From a virus (taxonomy: Duplodnaviria; Caudoviricetes), in IMG/VR virus record IMGVR_UViG_3300046757_000226, positions 1 through 57,172 of that record: a DNA stretch of 57,172 nucleotides. The stretch is one strand, 5' to 3'. The translations under genes and the position numbers were made by a program. Position 1 is the stretch's first letter; each line of letters begins with the position of its first letter. The notes beneath the pieces were generated by a model. The model ran no database searches and was not told the origin of the DNA. It saw only the letters and a list, made by a program, of their open reading frames with translations. Of the stretch, positions 45,822 through 54,315 are shown piece by piece.

Positions 45822-47132
45822 TTATGCCGATAAATCGTAGTGTGCAGTTTGACCAAATGGCGCTTGAATATTTTTGTCGTGGTTACTGTGAACTACAAAA
45901 ATTGTATCACAGTAGTCTGGATCGCCCCAGCTATCCCAAGCATAACCATCAGTAAACATGATAAACTTTTTAGGCTCAATACCGTGTTCTTTCATATAAG
46001 ACCAATTAGCCATAAAGTCAGTGCCGCCACCGCCTTTTACTTCATAGTCTTCGATATTTTCACCATTGTCTGACGTAAAGTCAGCTTCGTTGTATACTTC
46101 AGTATCAAAGCACCATACTTTAATTTGGTAGTCTTGAAACTCTTCCATAATGCCGTTAACTTCACTTAAAAAGTCTTTAGCTTGTTTGTCTCCAATTGAG
46201 CCGCTCATATCAATACTAACACAAATATCAATAGTATCTTGAAAGCTCATGCCAGGTAGTATTGCACCACTCATTTGTCCTTTACGTGACGGACGAGTAA
46301 ATGTAAAGTCGCTTTTAATAGTTGATTGTATTTGCTGACGAAGCAGTTGACGCCAGTTCATTTTTGGCTCTGTTAGCTCTTTAATAATACGTTGTACACC
46401 TGCAGGAGTATTACCAGCACCAGCACTCTGTGCGGCATTAATCATACTCTCTTTTATCTCGTCACGTATCTTTTTAAGTTCGTCTTTGGAGTATGAAGGA
46501 CGCTTGTTTTCACCCTTGCCACCTTTTTGACCAGGCTTGCCGTCATCACTGTCACCTTCGTCACCATCACCTTCCCAGTCAATATGCTCATCAAGTAATT
46601 CGCCTAATTGCTCAAGCTGTTCTTGATCGTACTTTTCAAAAATATCATCGTATACTTCTTCAGATGACCAGCCTTCGTATTTAAAGTCTTGGAAGCAGTC
46701 AACTAGTTTTGGTATTTCACCAATACGATCTCTAACTAGTAAGTTATTAACAATGTAGTCAGCGGCAATATTAAATATCATTGCGTCACGATCTTCACGT
46801 CTTAGAAGGTGATCAAAGACACAGTGTAGTATTTCATGTGCAATAACAAACTCAATTTCTTTGTTTGACATTGCGTTAAAAAATTGTGTATTAAAATAAA
46901 GGTTGCGTCCGTCTACTGCGGCTGTTCCTAACCATTCATCAGCTTCTACAATACGCAAACGTGTAGCCATATTACCAAAGAATGGATGACGCAATAGCAA
47001 GCCAATTCTAGCAACAATAATACGATCAAGTACTTCGACACGCATCTCTTCGAGTGCTTCGGGTGTAATATCTGGGTCGGGTTGCCAGCGTTTTTTGCCT
47101 TCTACGCTATATAGTACGTCTTGATTAAACAT
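45822..47132 (-). CDS. metallopeptidase-like (HExxH) plus VWA-domain protein (DUF2201-like)
   Basis: AHEILH, acidic Gly-rich linker, DMSGS MIDAS motif, GGGGTDF, FTDG. Confidence 0.85.
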   Translation of the reverse strand: MFNQDVLYSVEGKKRWQPDPDITPEALEEMRVEVLDRIIVARIGLLLRHPFFGNMATRLRIVEADEWLGTAAVDGRNLYFNTQFFNAMSNKEIEFVIAHEILHCVFDHLLRREDRDAMIFNIAADYIVNNLLVRDRIGEIPKLVDCFQDFKYEGWSSEEVYDDIFEKYDQEQLEQLGELLDEHIDWEGDGDEGDSDDGKPGQKGGKGENKRPSYSKDELKKIRDEIKESMINAAQSAGAGNTPAGVQRIIKELTEPKMNWRQLLRQQIQSTIKSDFTFTRPSRKGQMSGAILPGMSFQDTIDICVSIDMSGSIGDKQAKDFLSEVNGIMEEFQDYQIKVWCFDTEVYNEADFTSDNGENIEDYEVKGGGGTDFMANWSYMKEHGIEPKKFIMFTDGYAWDSWGDPDYCDTIFVVHSNHDKNIQAPFGQTAHYDLSA

Positions 47133-47165
47133 TGTGCTATGTCCTTTATTTCAGTTTATATGTAT

Positions 47166-47194
47166 ATTATACACGTATTTACAGAACTTGTCAA
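47166..47194 (-). promoter_or_regulatory. consensus sigma70 promoter with nested TAAATA
   Basis: TTGACA (47194-47189), 17 nt, TATAAT (47171-47166); TAAATA at 47181-47176. Confidence 0.9.
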
Positions 47195-47196
47195 CC

Positions 47197-47233
47197 AAAA
47201 AAAAGGAGAACGAGCTCAAAGAACCCGTCCTCC
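47197..47233 (-). terminator. intrinsic (rho-independent) terminator
   Basis: GGAGGACGGGTTC-TTT-GAGCTCGTTCTCC 13-bp stem (with G-U pairs) followed by T8, just after the MoxR stop. Confidence 0.85.
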
Positions 47234-47239
47234 TAGCCA

Positions 47240-48331
47240 TTAATGGACTGTTTGAGCAGCCTTAATGTACTTTCCAAAACGTTCGTGGAACTCGTCAAAA
47301 CAAGCCACTTCGTCTGGATCAATGGGTAACTGATACTGTGTTAGAGCGAGCTTAATGCCCATAACTACTAGCTCAGTTTCAAAGTTATCCATTGCAAATT
47401 GCAGGAAGTTATTGACTTTGTCATCAAACTTTTTATCACCTTTGTCTGATGCTTCTTTCAATTCATAGCAAAGAGATACAGTTAAGGAATACATAGCACT
47501 GATTTCTTTCTGATGCATCTCCTTTACTTTACCTGCAAGTATGTCAGTAGGGTTAGGCATGCTCGACGCTACCTTGCGGTGAGCCATAAATTTGACAGCC
47601 AAACCTTCGCCTACTGCACCAGCTACAAGATCTGTAGTGGTATTCTCGTCAACACCGTCATCTAACAATTCGGACACAAATGCCCAGCTACGCGGAGTAG
47701 CAAAAGAACGACTAGATGATCTAGGATCAAAATCATAAAGATCCTTTTTGCTGAATGTTATGTAACCTAATACGTCTTGGTGTATCTTGTTATCAGCGGC
47801 CCACTGGAACCAATCGTCAAAAGATACAGCAAGTTCTAAGTGGATAAATCGGTTAGCTAACGGAGCAGGCATACGGTATGTAACACCTTTGTCAGCTTCA
47901 CGGTTACCTGCCGCAACAATAAGAACATTGTCAGGTAAACGATATTTACCTACTTTACGGTTAAGAATTAACTGGTATGCTGCCGCTTGAACACTAGGCG
48001 CTGCCGAGTTCATTTCATCTAAGAACAATACGACATAGTCGAACTGTGATGCAAATTCTTCTGTAGGAAGTTCTTCTGGTGCTCCCCAAACCATTTTATT
48101 AATATTACTATCGAAGTACGGAATGCCTTTAATATCTGTAGGCTCCCATAATGATAAGCGAATATCAATTAAGTGTGAGTTACCTAATCCGTCAGTAATT
48201 TGACGAACAATGTCAGACTTACCAATGCCTGGAGGTCCCCACAAAAAGATTGGACGTTGCTTTTTAAGCGCATGTCTAATTGCGCCTTTTGCGCCATTTG
48301 GTGTAACTGTACGAGTTGCTGTTGCTTCCAT
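47240..48331 (-). CDS. MoxR-family AAA+ ATPase
   Basis: GPPGIGKS Walker A, LFLDEMN Walker B, AAGN, PLANRF, TPRSW; adjacent to the VWA gene. Confidence 0.88.
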   Translation of the reverse strand: MEATATRTVTPNGAKGAIRHALKKQRPIFLWGPPGIGKSDIVRQITDGLGNSHLIDIRLSLWEPTDIKGIPYFDSNINKMVWGAPEELPTEEFASQFDYVVLFLDEMNSAAPSVQAAAYQLILNRKVGKYRLPDNVLIVAAGNREADKGVTYRMPAPLANRFIHLELAVSFDDWFQWAADNKIHQDVLGYITFSKKDLYDFDPRSSSRSFATPRSWAFVSELLDDGVDENTTTDLVAGAVGEGLAVKFMAHRKVASSMPNPTDILAGKVKEMHQKEISAMYSLTVSLCYELKEASDKGDKKFDDKVNNFLQFAMDNFETELVVMGIKLALTQYQLPIDPDEVACFDEFHERFGKYIKAAQTVH

Positions 48332-48379
48332 GATGTATTCCTCTTTAAGTTGTCAGTGCTAATTTCTAACTATGTATAT

Positions 48380-48408
48380 AGTATAGCAAAGGATTACTAT
48401 AAAGTCAA
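48380..48408 (-). promoter_or_regulatory. sigma70-type promoter with extended -10
   Basis: TTGACT (48408-48403), 17 nt ending TGC, TATACT (48385-48380). Confidence 0.8.
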
Positions 48409-48446
48409 CCGTTTTCTAAAAAAAGATATCGTTAATAATCAATGAC

Positions 48447-48842
48447 TTAGGAATTTTCTTTGTTTTTCTTTTGACGAGACATTGCTTTTTGTAAGCCATA
48501 TTTGCGTAAATCACCGGAAAATAACGATAATTCAACAGCTTTCTTTTGGTCTGTTACAGCAATACTTCTATTTGTGAGATAGTATGGACAATCGATAAAT
48601 TGATCTAAAAAGATAGCAACTTGCGGAGTCATTGGCATTTCTTTAGGGTATGGTATATCATATGTTTCTAAATCAATTTCAGATAATACATCAAACCCTG
48701 CTTCAGTAAGACGCAGTCCACCTGCATCTTTTGTTCGTGTATTTTGCCACCATAACGGCAAATATTCTTTTACATTGATGTCGTTTGAACTCTTACCAAG
48801 CTCTCTTAGAAAGACTTTGGTATACGTTTCTTTCCAGTTCAT
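48447..48842 (-). CDS. hypothetical protein
   Basis: 131-aa ORF, ATGA overlap with the upstream gene. Confidence 0.75.
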   Translation of the reverse strand: MNWKETYTKVFLRELGKSSNDINVKEYLPLWWQNTRTKDAGGLRLTEAGFDVLSEIDLETYDIPYPKEMPMTPQVAIFLDQFIDCPYYLTNRSIAVTDQKKAVELSLFSGDLRKYGLQKAMSRQKKNKENS

Positions 48843-49126
48843 TCGGATACTTCTTCACCTGCAGTGAGTTTAACAACAGCAAATTCGTCACTTTTAAACA
48901 TTTCATTTAATTTTTTTGCTAGATTGTGAGCATGTCCAGGATTAGAAAAACTTACTTTCTTATATTTTGGACCCGGGTAGTTAGTAATAGCATTTGCACT
49001 TTTTAAATTAAAAGGCTTGTCTTTATAAAATACTGCCCAAATAGCTTCGGCTTCTAATACTTGTTCACTTTTATAAGTTTTGTTGTTGATATGTTCTAAA
49101 AGAACATTTGGCTTGGGGCGACTCAT
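48839..49126 (-). CDS. hypothetical protein
   Basis: 95-aa ORF with AAGGA SD and upstream TAAATA. Confidence 0.75.
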   Translation of the reverse strand: MSRPKPNVLLEHINNKTYKSEQVLEAEAIWAVFYKDKPFNLKSANAITNYPGPKYKKVSFSNPGHAHNLAKKLNEMFKSDEFAVVKLTAGEEVSE

Positions 49127-49161
49127 ATGCGTATCCTTATTATTAACTACGCATATATTTA
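49125..49161 (-). promoter_or_regulatory. late promoter overlapping a hairpin around the ribosome-binding site
   Basis: Minus strand TAAATA (49161-49156); ATATGCGTA / TACGCATAT 9-bp inverted repeat enclosing AAGGA and overlapping the ATG. Confidence 0.65.
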
Positions 49162-49190
49162 TCTCTTTTGTAGGTTAACTACGTATTTTA

Positions 49191-49751
49191 TTATCTTACA
49201 AATTTAGCAAACGATGTAGTAATATATTTGGTATCGTTTGTAGCAGGCATGCCTCTGTGCCTATGCGTCCAATGTGCAGGAAAGAGTATTGTTAAACCTT
49301 TTTCAGAAGGAGTAGTTATATCTTGGTTATAAAAATAGGTTCCACCTTCGTCTTTGATATCGCAAAAGTAAGTCATTAAACTAAGATGCCGAGGCTCAAC
49401 TTCGGGATCAGTTGATCCATCATTTTCACAATGTGGTCTTGAAAACGACTGCCCTGGCAAATACTTGTGAAACATAGGTGGAGTCATATGCCACGGTACA
49501 AGATCTTCATAACTAAACTTATACTTTTCTTTGTACAGCTCAATTACTGTAAACATTTGTTTAGAATAAGCCTCTACTAAATTTTGAGGTAATGCATGTA
49601 TTGGTGTTACACCACAGAATACATACTCGTCATGTATAAAAAGATCAGGGTTTTTTTCAAAATAATCTACAATTTCATTACATAGATCATTATCTATATA
49701 CCATCCTGCTATAAAATTATTAAGTTCATTACCTCGCCATGGTACTAACAT
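49191..49751 (-). CDS. 2OG-Fe(II) oxygenase
   Basis: PHCE, MTYF, EGGTYF, FPAHWTHRHRG, KYI. Confidence 0.8.
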   Translation of the reverse strand: MLVPWRGNELNNFIAGWYIDNDLCNEIVDYFEKNPDLFIHDEYVFCGVTPIHALPQNLVEAYSKQMFTVIELYKEKYKFSYEDLVPWHMTPPMFHKYLPGQSFSRPHCENDGSTDPEVEPRHLSLMTYFCDIKDEGGTYFYNQDITTPSEKGLTILFPAHWTHRHRGMPATNDTKYITTSFAKFVR

Positions 49752-49988
49752 TTATTTCCAATCACTTCCGCCGTTTAGTTCTACTGAAATTACTTCTTCG
49801 TTATTAACTTTAGATTCAGCAACAAGTTTTTCTAAATCACCTTGCAGTCTAGACATAACTATGCCTAATGTAAATGCAAGATTTTTTGCTTGCTCTATAT
49901 TTATCTTGATTTCTCTTGCCTTGCTTGCATCAGCGTTCTTAACCTGTGTAAGAAATTGCTGTATTGGCAAAGTATTAATTGGCTGCAC
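49752..49988 (-). CDS. hypothetical protein
   Basis: 78-aa ORF, GTG start with GGAG SD, overlapping the upstream gene. Confidence 0.7.
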   Translation of the reverse strand: MQPINTLPIQQFLTQVKNADASKAREIKINIEQAKNLAFTLGIVMSRLQGDLEKLVAESKVNNEEVISVELNGGSDWK

Positions 49989-50451
49989 GGCTTAACTCCT
50001 GACGCATTTCAATTTCTGTTTTAAACGGACCTTTTGTTTCATAACGTTCAACAGTAATTAGTTTAGGGCAAAAGCTCTTTACCCAACCTTTGTCAAAGTG
50101 TATAATATAGTATCCTGCACAGTATAAACTTTTTGATTTTGCACTCTTAGTAAAAAGTGGTAATTTACGTTGTACATCATACATTTCATTGTAAGGCTTT
50201 ACACTTGTAGGATAATTGTGTATTTTATATTCAGCCTTTGTTTCAACAGGTTCTGCGTCATCTTTATCACTAAAGATAAACTCCATACCAAACTTTTGTT
50301 TCATTTGACGTTTATTATCAAAGAAGCAAGTTTCTATATTACTTGAAAACAAATAGCGATCATCGTTCCAACTAAGTGTTCCGACTTTCTCGCCATCACT
50401 TTCAACAATCCAAAATTTGTCCTTTAATACAGGTTTTGCTTTTAATGTCAT
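49975..50451 (-). CDS. hypothetical protein
   Basis: 158-aa ORF, ATGA overlap with the RNase H gene. Confidence 0.75.
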   Translation of the reverse strand: MTLKAKPVLKDKFWIVESDGEKVGTLSWNDDRYLFSSNIETCFFDNKRQMKQKFGMEFIFSDKDDAEPVETKAEYKIHNYPTSVKPYNEMYDVQRKLPLFTKSAKSKSLYCAGYYIIHFDKGWVKSFCPKLITVERYETKGPFKTEIEMRQELSRAAN

Positions 50452-51434
50452 TTAGGGTATCTCGCTTGTAATGGTGTTGCATACTGTGCCGCTTGATCTG
50501 CAATACGTTGCATATCCCACTTAGCACAAAACTTCATAAGACGCATGCCTACTTGTGATATTTCTTTAGGTGTTGCATTCTCGGCAATTGTATTATTAAT
50601 TATCTCTCTAATGTCTGTAGGTTGTGCAGTTAAATCACATAATACTACATTACGATTGTAATCATCAAGTACACGATGCTCGTCACCGTTATGATCTGTC
50701 CAACGTTGTAGCATCATATTATTCCAGTTATAGCCTTTAGTGCCTTTGTCTTCAAATGCTTCAATAAGACCTACTTTGTTCTTAGTGCCTTTCTTACGCA
50801 CACCTGGATATGCACTAAACACGTTGTCGCTAGTGTCGCCACGCATACACTTCTCAAACAACATAAATGCAGGATCGGGCGCAGGCTTAGCCTCTTTAGT
50901 TTTCTTATCTATAACAGGCTTGCCTTTGTCATCAAAGTAACCTTCGTGCGTAATAGTAACATTCTGTATACCATTGTACTGTTTACAGTTAGGAGCAATA
51001 AGTTGTGCAAAGTCACCGTCAGTACTAATAATAACATGATTGTCATTAGGGTGTGCTTGCACCCAACCTGCAATAAGATCATCTGCTTCTAATTGCGGAT
51101 GACGCATAACAGTACAATTAGTCTTGTTAGTAACAAAGTCTTTAAACTCGTCAAAGATTTCCCAAAACAATGTATCTTCTTCTGCTTGTGCAGGAGTTAG
51201 TGCATCACGTGCCTCTTGTCTATTGCGCTTGTAAGGTTCGTAATAATCCTTGCGCCAGCTACGACCTTCTAAACAAAACACAACATGATCTGCATTAAAG
51301 TCAGTCCATGCTTTCTTAACACCGTTAAGAGTAATGTGTAGAGCCATACCTAGTTTAGTATCTAGGTCTCCACGTACAACATGTCGGGCACGGAAGAATG
51401 TGTTAGCTGTGTCTACTAGAATGTAAGTTGCCAT
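50448..51434 (-). CDS. rnh: T4-type RNase H / 5'-3' exonuclease (FEN family)
   Basis: LVD, SWRK...YKRNR, LEADDLIA, ISTDGDFAQL, GDTSDNV. Confidence 0.9.
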   Translation of the reverse strand: MATYILVDTANTFFRARHVVRGDLDTKLGMALHITLNGVKKAWTDFNADHVVFCLEGRSWRKDYYEPYKRNRQEARDALTPAQAEEDTLFWEIFDEFKDFVTNKTNCTVMRHPQLEADDLIAGWVQAHPNDNHVIISTDGDFAQLIAPNCKQYNGIQNVTITHEGYFDDKGKPVIDKKTKEAKPAPDPAFMLFEKCMRGDTSDNVFSAYPGVRKKGTKNKVGLIEAFEDKGTKGYNWNNMMLQRWTDHNGDEHRVLDDYNRNVVLCDLTAQPTDIREIINNTIAENATPKEISQVGMRLMKFCAKWDMQRIADQAAQYATPLQARYPK

Positions 51435-51463
51435 TAGTTTGCCTTTGTGTAATTTATAGTACT

Positions 51464-51492
51464 ATTATAGCACCAGATCTGGCTTGTGTCAA
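51464..51492 (-). promoter_or_regulatory. consensus sigma70 promoter with extended -10
   Basis: TTGACA (51492-51487), 17 nt ending TGC, TATAAT (51469-51464); palindrome CCAGATCTGG in the spacer. Confidence 0.9.
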
Positions 51493-51495
51493 GCA

Positions 51496-51879
51496 TTATG
51501 ATACTTCGCTACGTCCTTTTTCAATAGGCGTTACATTAATATAACCAGCACCTCTATCAGTGTCTAGTCCTTGTTCTTCTAACATACCGTGTACAATATC
51601 TCTAAACCATCTGTCAACAATTTCTTCATCAGGATCATTATCTACACCATAACCTGCTTGAATTAATTCTTGAATAAAATATTTGTTCCAATCAAGTTCA
51701 AAGAATCCGTTTCGGATATTATCTTTGTTTACTTTCATGTCAAGTACATTTACCCAAGGTTCTTTGCGCCTTGTGTGATATGCTTTAGGGTCACTCTTTT
51801 TAAGAACTTTCAATTCTTTTTCTTCTAGTTCTTTTTCTTTCTTTGTAATACCTGTTATATCTTTTAAAAACTTTTTCAT
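51496..51879 (-). CDS. hypothetical protein
   Basis: 127-aa ORF with AAGGA SD; GFFELDWN motif. Confidence 0.75.
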   Translation of the reverse strand: MKKFLKDITGITKKEKELEEKELKVLKKSDPKAYHTRRKEPWVNVLDMKVNKDNIRNGFFELDWNKYFIQELIQAGYGVDNDPDEEIVDRWFRDIVHGMLEEQGLDTDRGAGYINVTPIEKGRSEVS

Positions 51880-51986
51880 ATTAATCCTTTCCTCCTCATT
51901 TCTTCTGGGCTCATAGGTTGTTTAATTGGAGCTTTCATTGCTTTATCAAGTCTTTCTTGTTGCACTTGATCAAGTGCCCCACGCAT
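51876..51986 (-). CDS. small hypothetical protein (36 aa)
   Basis: MRGALDQVQQERLDKAMKAP...RRKGLI bridges the queE stop and the next start, overlapping both. Confidence 0.4.
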   Translation of the reverse strand: MRGALDQVQQERLDKAMKAPIKQPMSPEEMRRKGLI

Positions 51987-52926
51987 TTCCGAATAAGGAT
52001 ATGTGGAGTCTGGGTGTGAATCGCCACCCTTTTTCCATACACGCTTCCGCCACGTCCTTAACGTTGAGGGCGTATTCTTCACTGCGTCCGCCCAACGGCA
52101 TAAGGTATACCGGACATTGTACTCCGGCACTCTGATACTCATTAACAGCTTTTTCAACTTCTGCAAAGTCATCTTGAGTAGCGACAACAAACTTGAGATA
52201 CATGTCACTACCGTTAACACTGTTATACTGACTAGCAACAACAGGGAGTATAGCAGTATCCCAAGGTTCTCCGCTAACGCTAAGTTTTGGGGAACAACTC
52301 CAAGTAACTTCAAATCTGTCTTGAGATGTGAGATAATCGTAGAAATCGCTGTGTAAAGGTTGCGTAGTGTTTGTTTCAAATGTAACATTTTTTAAATCCT
52401 GCATACGTGGGTGTTCAAATAGCTCAATGTAAAGCCGTTGCCACGCTAACAACGGTTCACCGCCAGTCATGATTAAATGGACATCCTGTCCATTATCCTG
52501 CACCCACTTACCGTTAGGAGTGAGTGAAAGCAAATGTTCAACTACTTCGTCTACAGTTGCTTGTCTATTAAAGTGTTTAAACTCGGGATAGATACTTGCA
52601 TATGTATCACATCCTGTGTGTATAATAGGTAAGTCTTCAAACTTTTCAGTTGTTTCATGTACCTTTGCATCAATCAAATCTTTTACTTCTTGATTGTATC
52701 GTTGTCCTTCTGCATGTAACTCTGTGCGATTCTTTTTAGTATCTACACCAAAGTTCATACAACGGAAGTTGCAACCAAAAGTGCGTAGGAATACACTGGG
52801 TACTCCTACAAACTTGCCTTCGCCTTGTACACTATAAAATGCTTCTGAATATCTTAGTTTCATAGCTGGCTTTCTGTTAACTGCTTCATAAGAAGGATAA
52901 CCTTTTTCAAATACTGGCGCTTCCAT
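51970..52926 (-). CDS. queE: 7-carboxy-7-deazaguanine synthase QueE (radical SAM)
   Basis: EAFYSVQGEG...GVPSVFLRTFGCNFRC...GCDT, TGGEP, ETN, SPKL, YLMP, RLH; adjacent to folE. Confidence 0.9.
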   Translation of the reverse strand: MEAPVFEKGYPSYEAVNRKPAMKLRYSEAFYSVQGEGKFVGVPSVFLRTFGCNFRCMNFGVDTKKNRTELHAEGQRYNQEVKDLIDAKVHETTEKFEDLPIIHTGCDTYASIYPEFKHFNRQATVDEVVEHLLSLTPNGKWVQDNGQDVHLIMTGGEPLLAWQRLYIELFEHPRMQDLKNVTFETNTTQPLHSDFYDYLTSQDRFEVTWSCSPKLSVSGEPWDTAILPVVASQYNSVNGSDMYLKFVVATQDDFAEVEKAVNEYQSAGVQCPVYLMPLGGRSEEYALNVKDVAEACMEKGWRFTPRLHISLFGNAWGT

Positions 52927-53609
52927 TAGCAGCTAAACTCCTGTTGTAGTTTAATGTTGTCAAAGAACTCTTTCTTTGTGCCTGCATCATCTTTAAACGC
53001 ACCACGTAGCACTGTAGTTTGTGTTAAACTACTGTGTGCCATAATGCCACGGTTCTCACAACAGCCGTGTGTTGCTTGAATATACACACCTAAGTGTTCT
53101 GCACCTGTTGCACTTGCAATCTCACGTGCAATATCATTTGCAAGTTCTTCTTGTAGTGTTCCGCGCCTAGCACACCACTGTGCAATACGTGTGTATTTGC
53201 TAAGTCCAATCAGTTTGTCTGCGGCAATAATACCAATGTATGCAATACCAGCTACTGGCTGATGGTGATGTGAACACATGCTTTTTAGTTCACTACGTAC
53301 TACTAGCATACCTTCATAACGATCATCCGAATCATTAGGAAATGCTGTTGCACTAGGCATAGGATCATAACGACCTGCCATAATCTCATTAAAGTACATT
53401 TTTGCAAGACGTTTTGCTGTACCTTTAGAGTTAGGATCTGTATGTCGATCAATTAATAGTGCATCAAGCACACCTTCAAATGCTGTAGTTGCATCTTCAA
53501 TAAGTTCTTCCTTATCGCCGTTCTGCAATACTTGTGAAATATTGTCGCCGGCCCAATGACGAATGCCTAGATCTTCTAGACGGGCTTTTAATTGTTCTGC
53601 TTTGCTCAT
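52926..53609 (-). CDS. folE: GTP cyclohydrolase I
   Basis: TAKRLAKM, SMCSHHH, GLSKYTRI, LQEEL, ATHGC...RG. Confidence 0.95.
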   Translation of the reverse strand: MSKAEQLKARLEDLGIRHWAGDNISQVLQNGDKEELIEDATTAFEGVLDALLIDRHTDPNSKGTAKRLAKMYFNEIMAGRYDPMPSATAFPNDSDDRYEGMLVVRSELKSMCSHHHQPVAGIAYIGIIAADKLIGLSKYTRIAQWCARRGTLQEELANDIAREIASATGAEHLGVYIQATHGCCENRGIMAHSSLTQTTVLRGAFKDDAGTKKEFFDNIKLQQEFSC

Positions 53610-53664
53610 TTTATTCTCCGATGTTTAGGCAGTGGATTGCCGATATAATGTATAACATAATCTT

Positions 53665-53693
53665 ATTATACATGTTATTTAGGTTTTTGTCAA
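53665..53693 (-). promoter_or_regulatory. consensus sigma70 promoter with nested TAAATA
   Basis: TTGACA (53693-53688), 17 nt, TATAAT (53670-53665); TAAATA at 53681-53676. Confidence 0.9.
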
Positions 53694-53707
53694 GTATAAA
53701 AAATATT

Positions 53708-54124
53708 TTAACCTGCTGATTTAACTGCAAGATTGTCCCAGTCAATATCATTAGATTTGTAATTACCTTTTTCAGGTATAACATTTCTAACTCCTCCTGT
53801 AGGATTTTCTGTGTCTTTATCACGCCTAAATATTAAATGTACATGTGGATACATGCACGTTTGACCTGCACTTGTTCCTACGTTCATTCCTACGTTAAAA
53901 CCAGTGATGTTAGTCTTTTGAGAAACTACGTTTGCTTCGCCTGTTGCAATTGCAAATTGGAAACACTTTAACATAGATTCTAAATTATTTTCTTTTGGTA
54001 CAACTAACAAATGTCCTTCTGTAACAGGATATTTGTCTTTGAATACAGTATATTCACGAGTATTAAGTTCAACATCTTGCCAAGGTGCTCTACCGTCTTT
54101 TTGCGCTTCGGCTAGTGTATCCAT
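53708..54124 (-). CDS. HIT-family nucleotide hydrolase
   Basis: DKYPVTEGHLLVVPK, GFNVGMNVG..AGQT, YPHVH. Confidence 0.85.
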   Translation of the reverse strand: MDTLAEAQKDGRAPWQDVELNTREYTVFKDKYPVTEGHLLVVPKENNLESMLKCFQFAIATGEANVVSQKTNITGFNVGMNVGTSAGQTCMYPHVHLIFRRDKDTENPTGGVRNVIPEKGNYKSNDIDWDNLAVKSAG

Positions 54125-54315
54125 TATTCAACTCCTATGTCACGTTTAATTTTAGCAATTAATCGCTGTTGTCTATAAATGCTGTCTTTAGTGCCCTGCA
54201 TATGTTGATATTTAATTTTTGCTGCTTGCATTTCTTTTAGTTCTTCTATTTTACGATTAACACTTTCTTCAAGTGCCTTAATATATCTTAATCGTTCTTC
54301 TCTATCGTGTGCCAT
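54124..54315 (-). CDS. hypothetical coiled-coil protein
   Basis: 63 aa, AGGAG SD, abuts both neighbours. Confidence 0.65.
   Translation of the reverse strand: MAHDREERLRYIKALEESVNRKIEELKEMQAAKIKYQHMQGTKDSIYRQQRLIAKIKRDIGVE

Noticed and set aside
49143-49183. TTAACTACG direct repeat as a target-site duplication for the 2OG oxygenase gene 49191-49751
   Set aside because: Both copies lie on the same side of the gene; treated instead as copies of the regulatory motif.
51987-52388. N-terminal part of the 170-aa ORF 51876-52388 overlapping queE
   Set aside because: Alternate frame of queE; only the last 36 codons (from ATG 51986) are plausibly real.
53610-53664. preQ1 or THF-II riboswitch upstream of folE
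   Set aside because: The 6-nt loop and short A tract do not fit preQ1-I, and the leader is too short and simple for the others; kept only as an unexplained hairpin.
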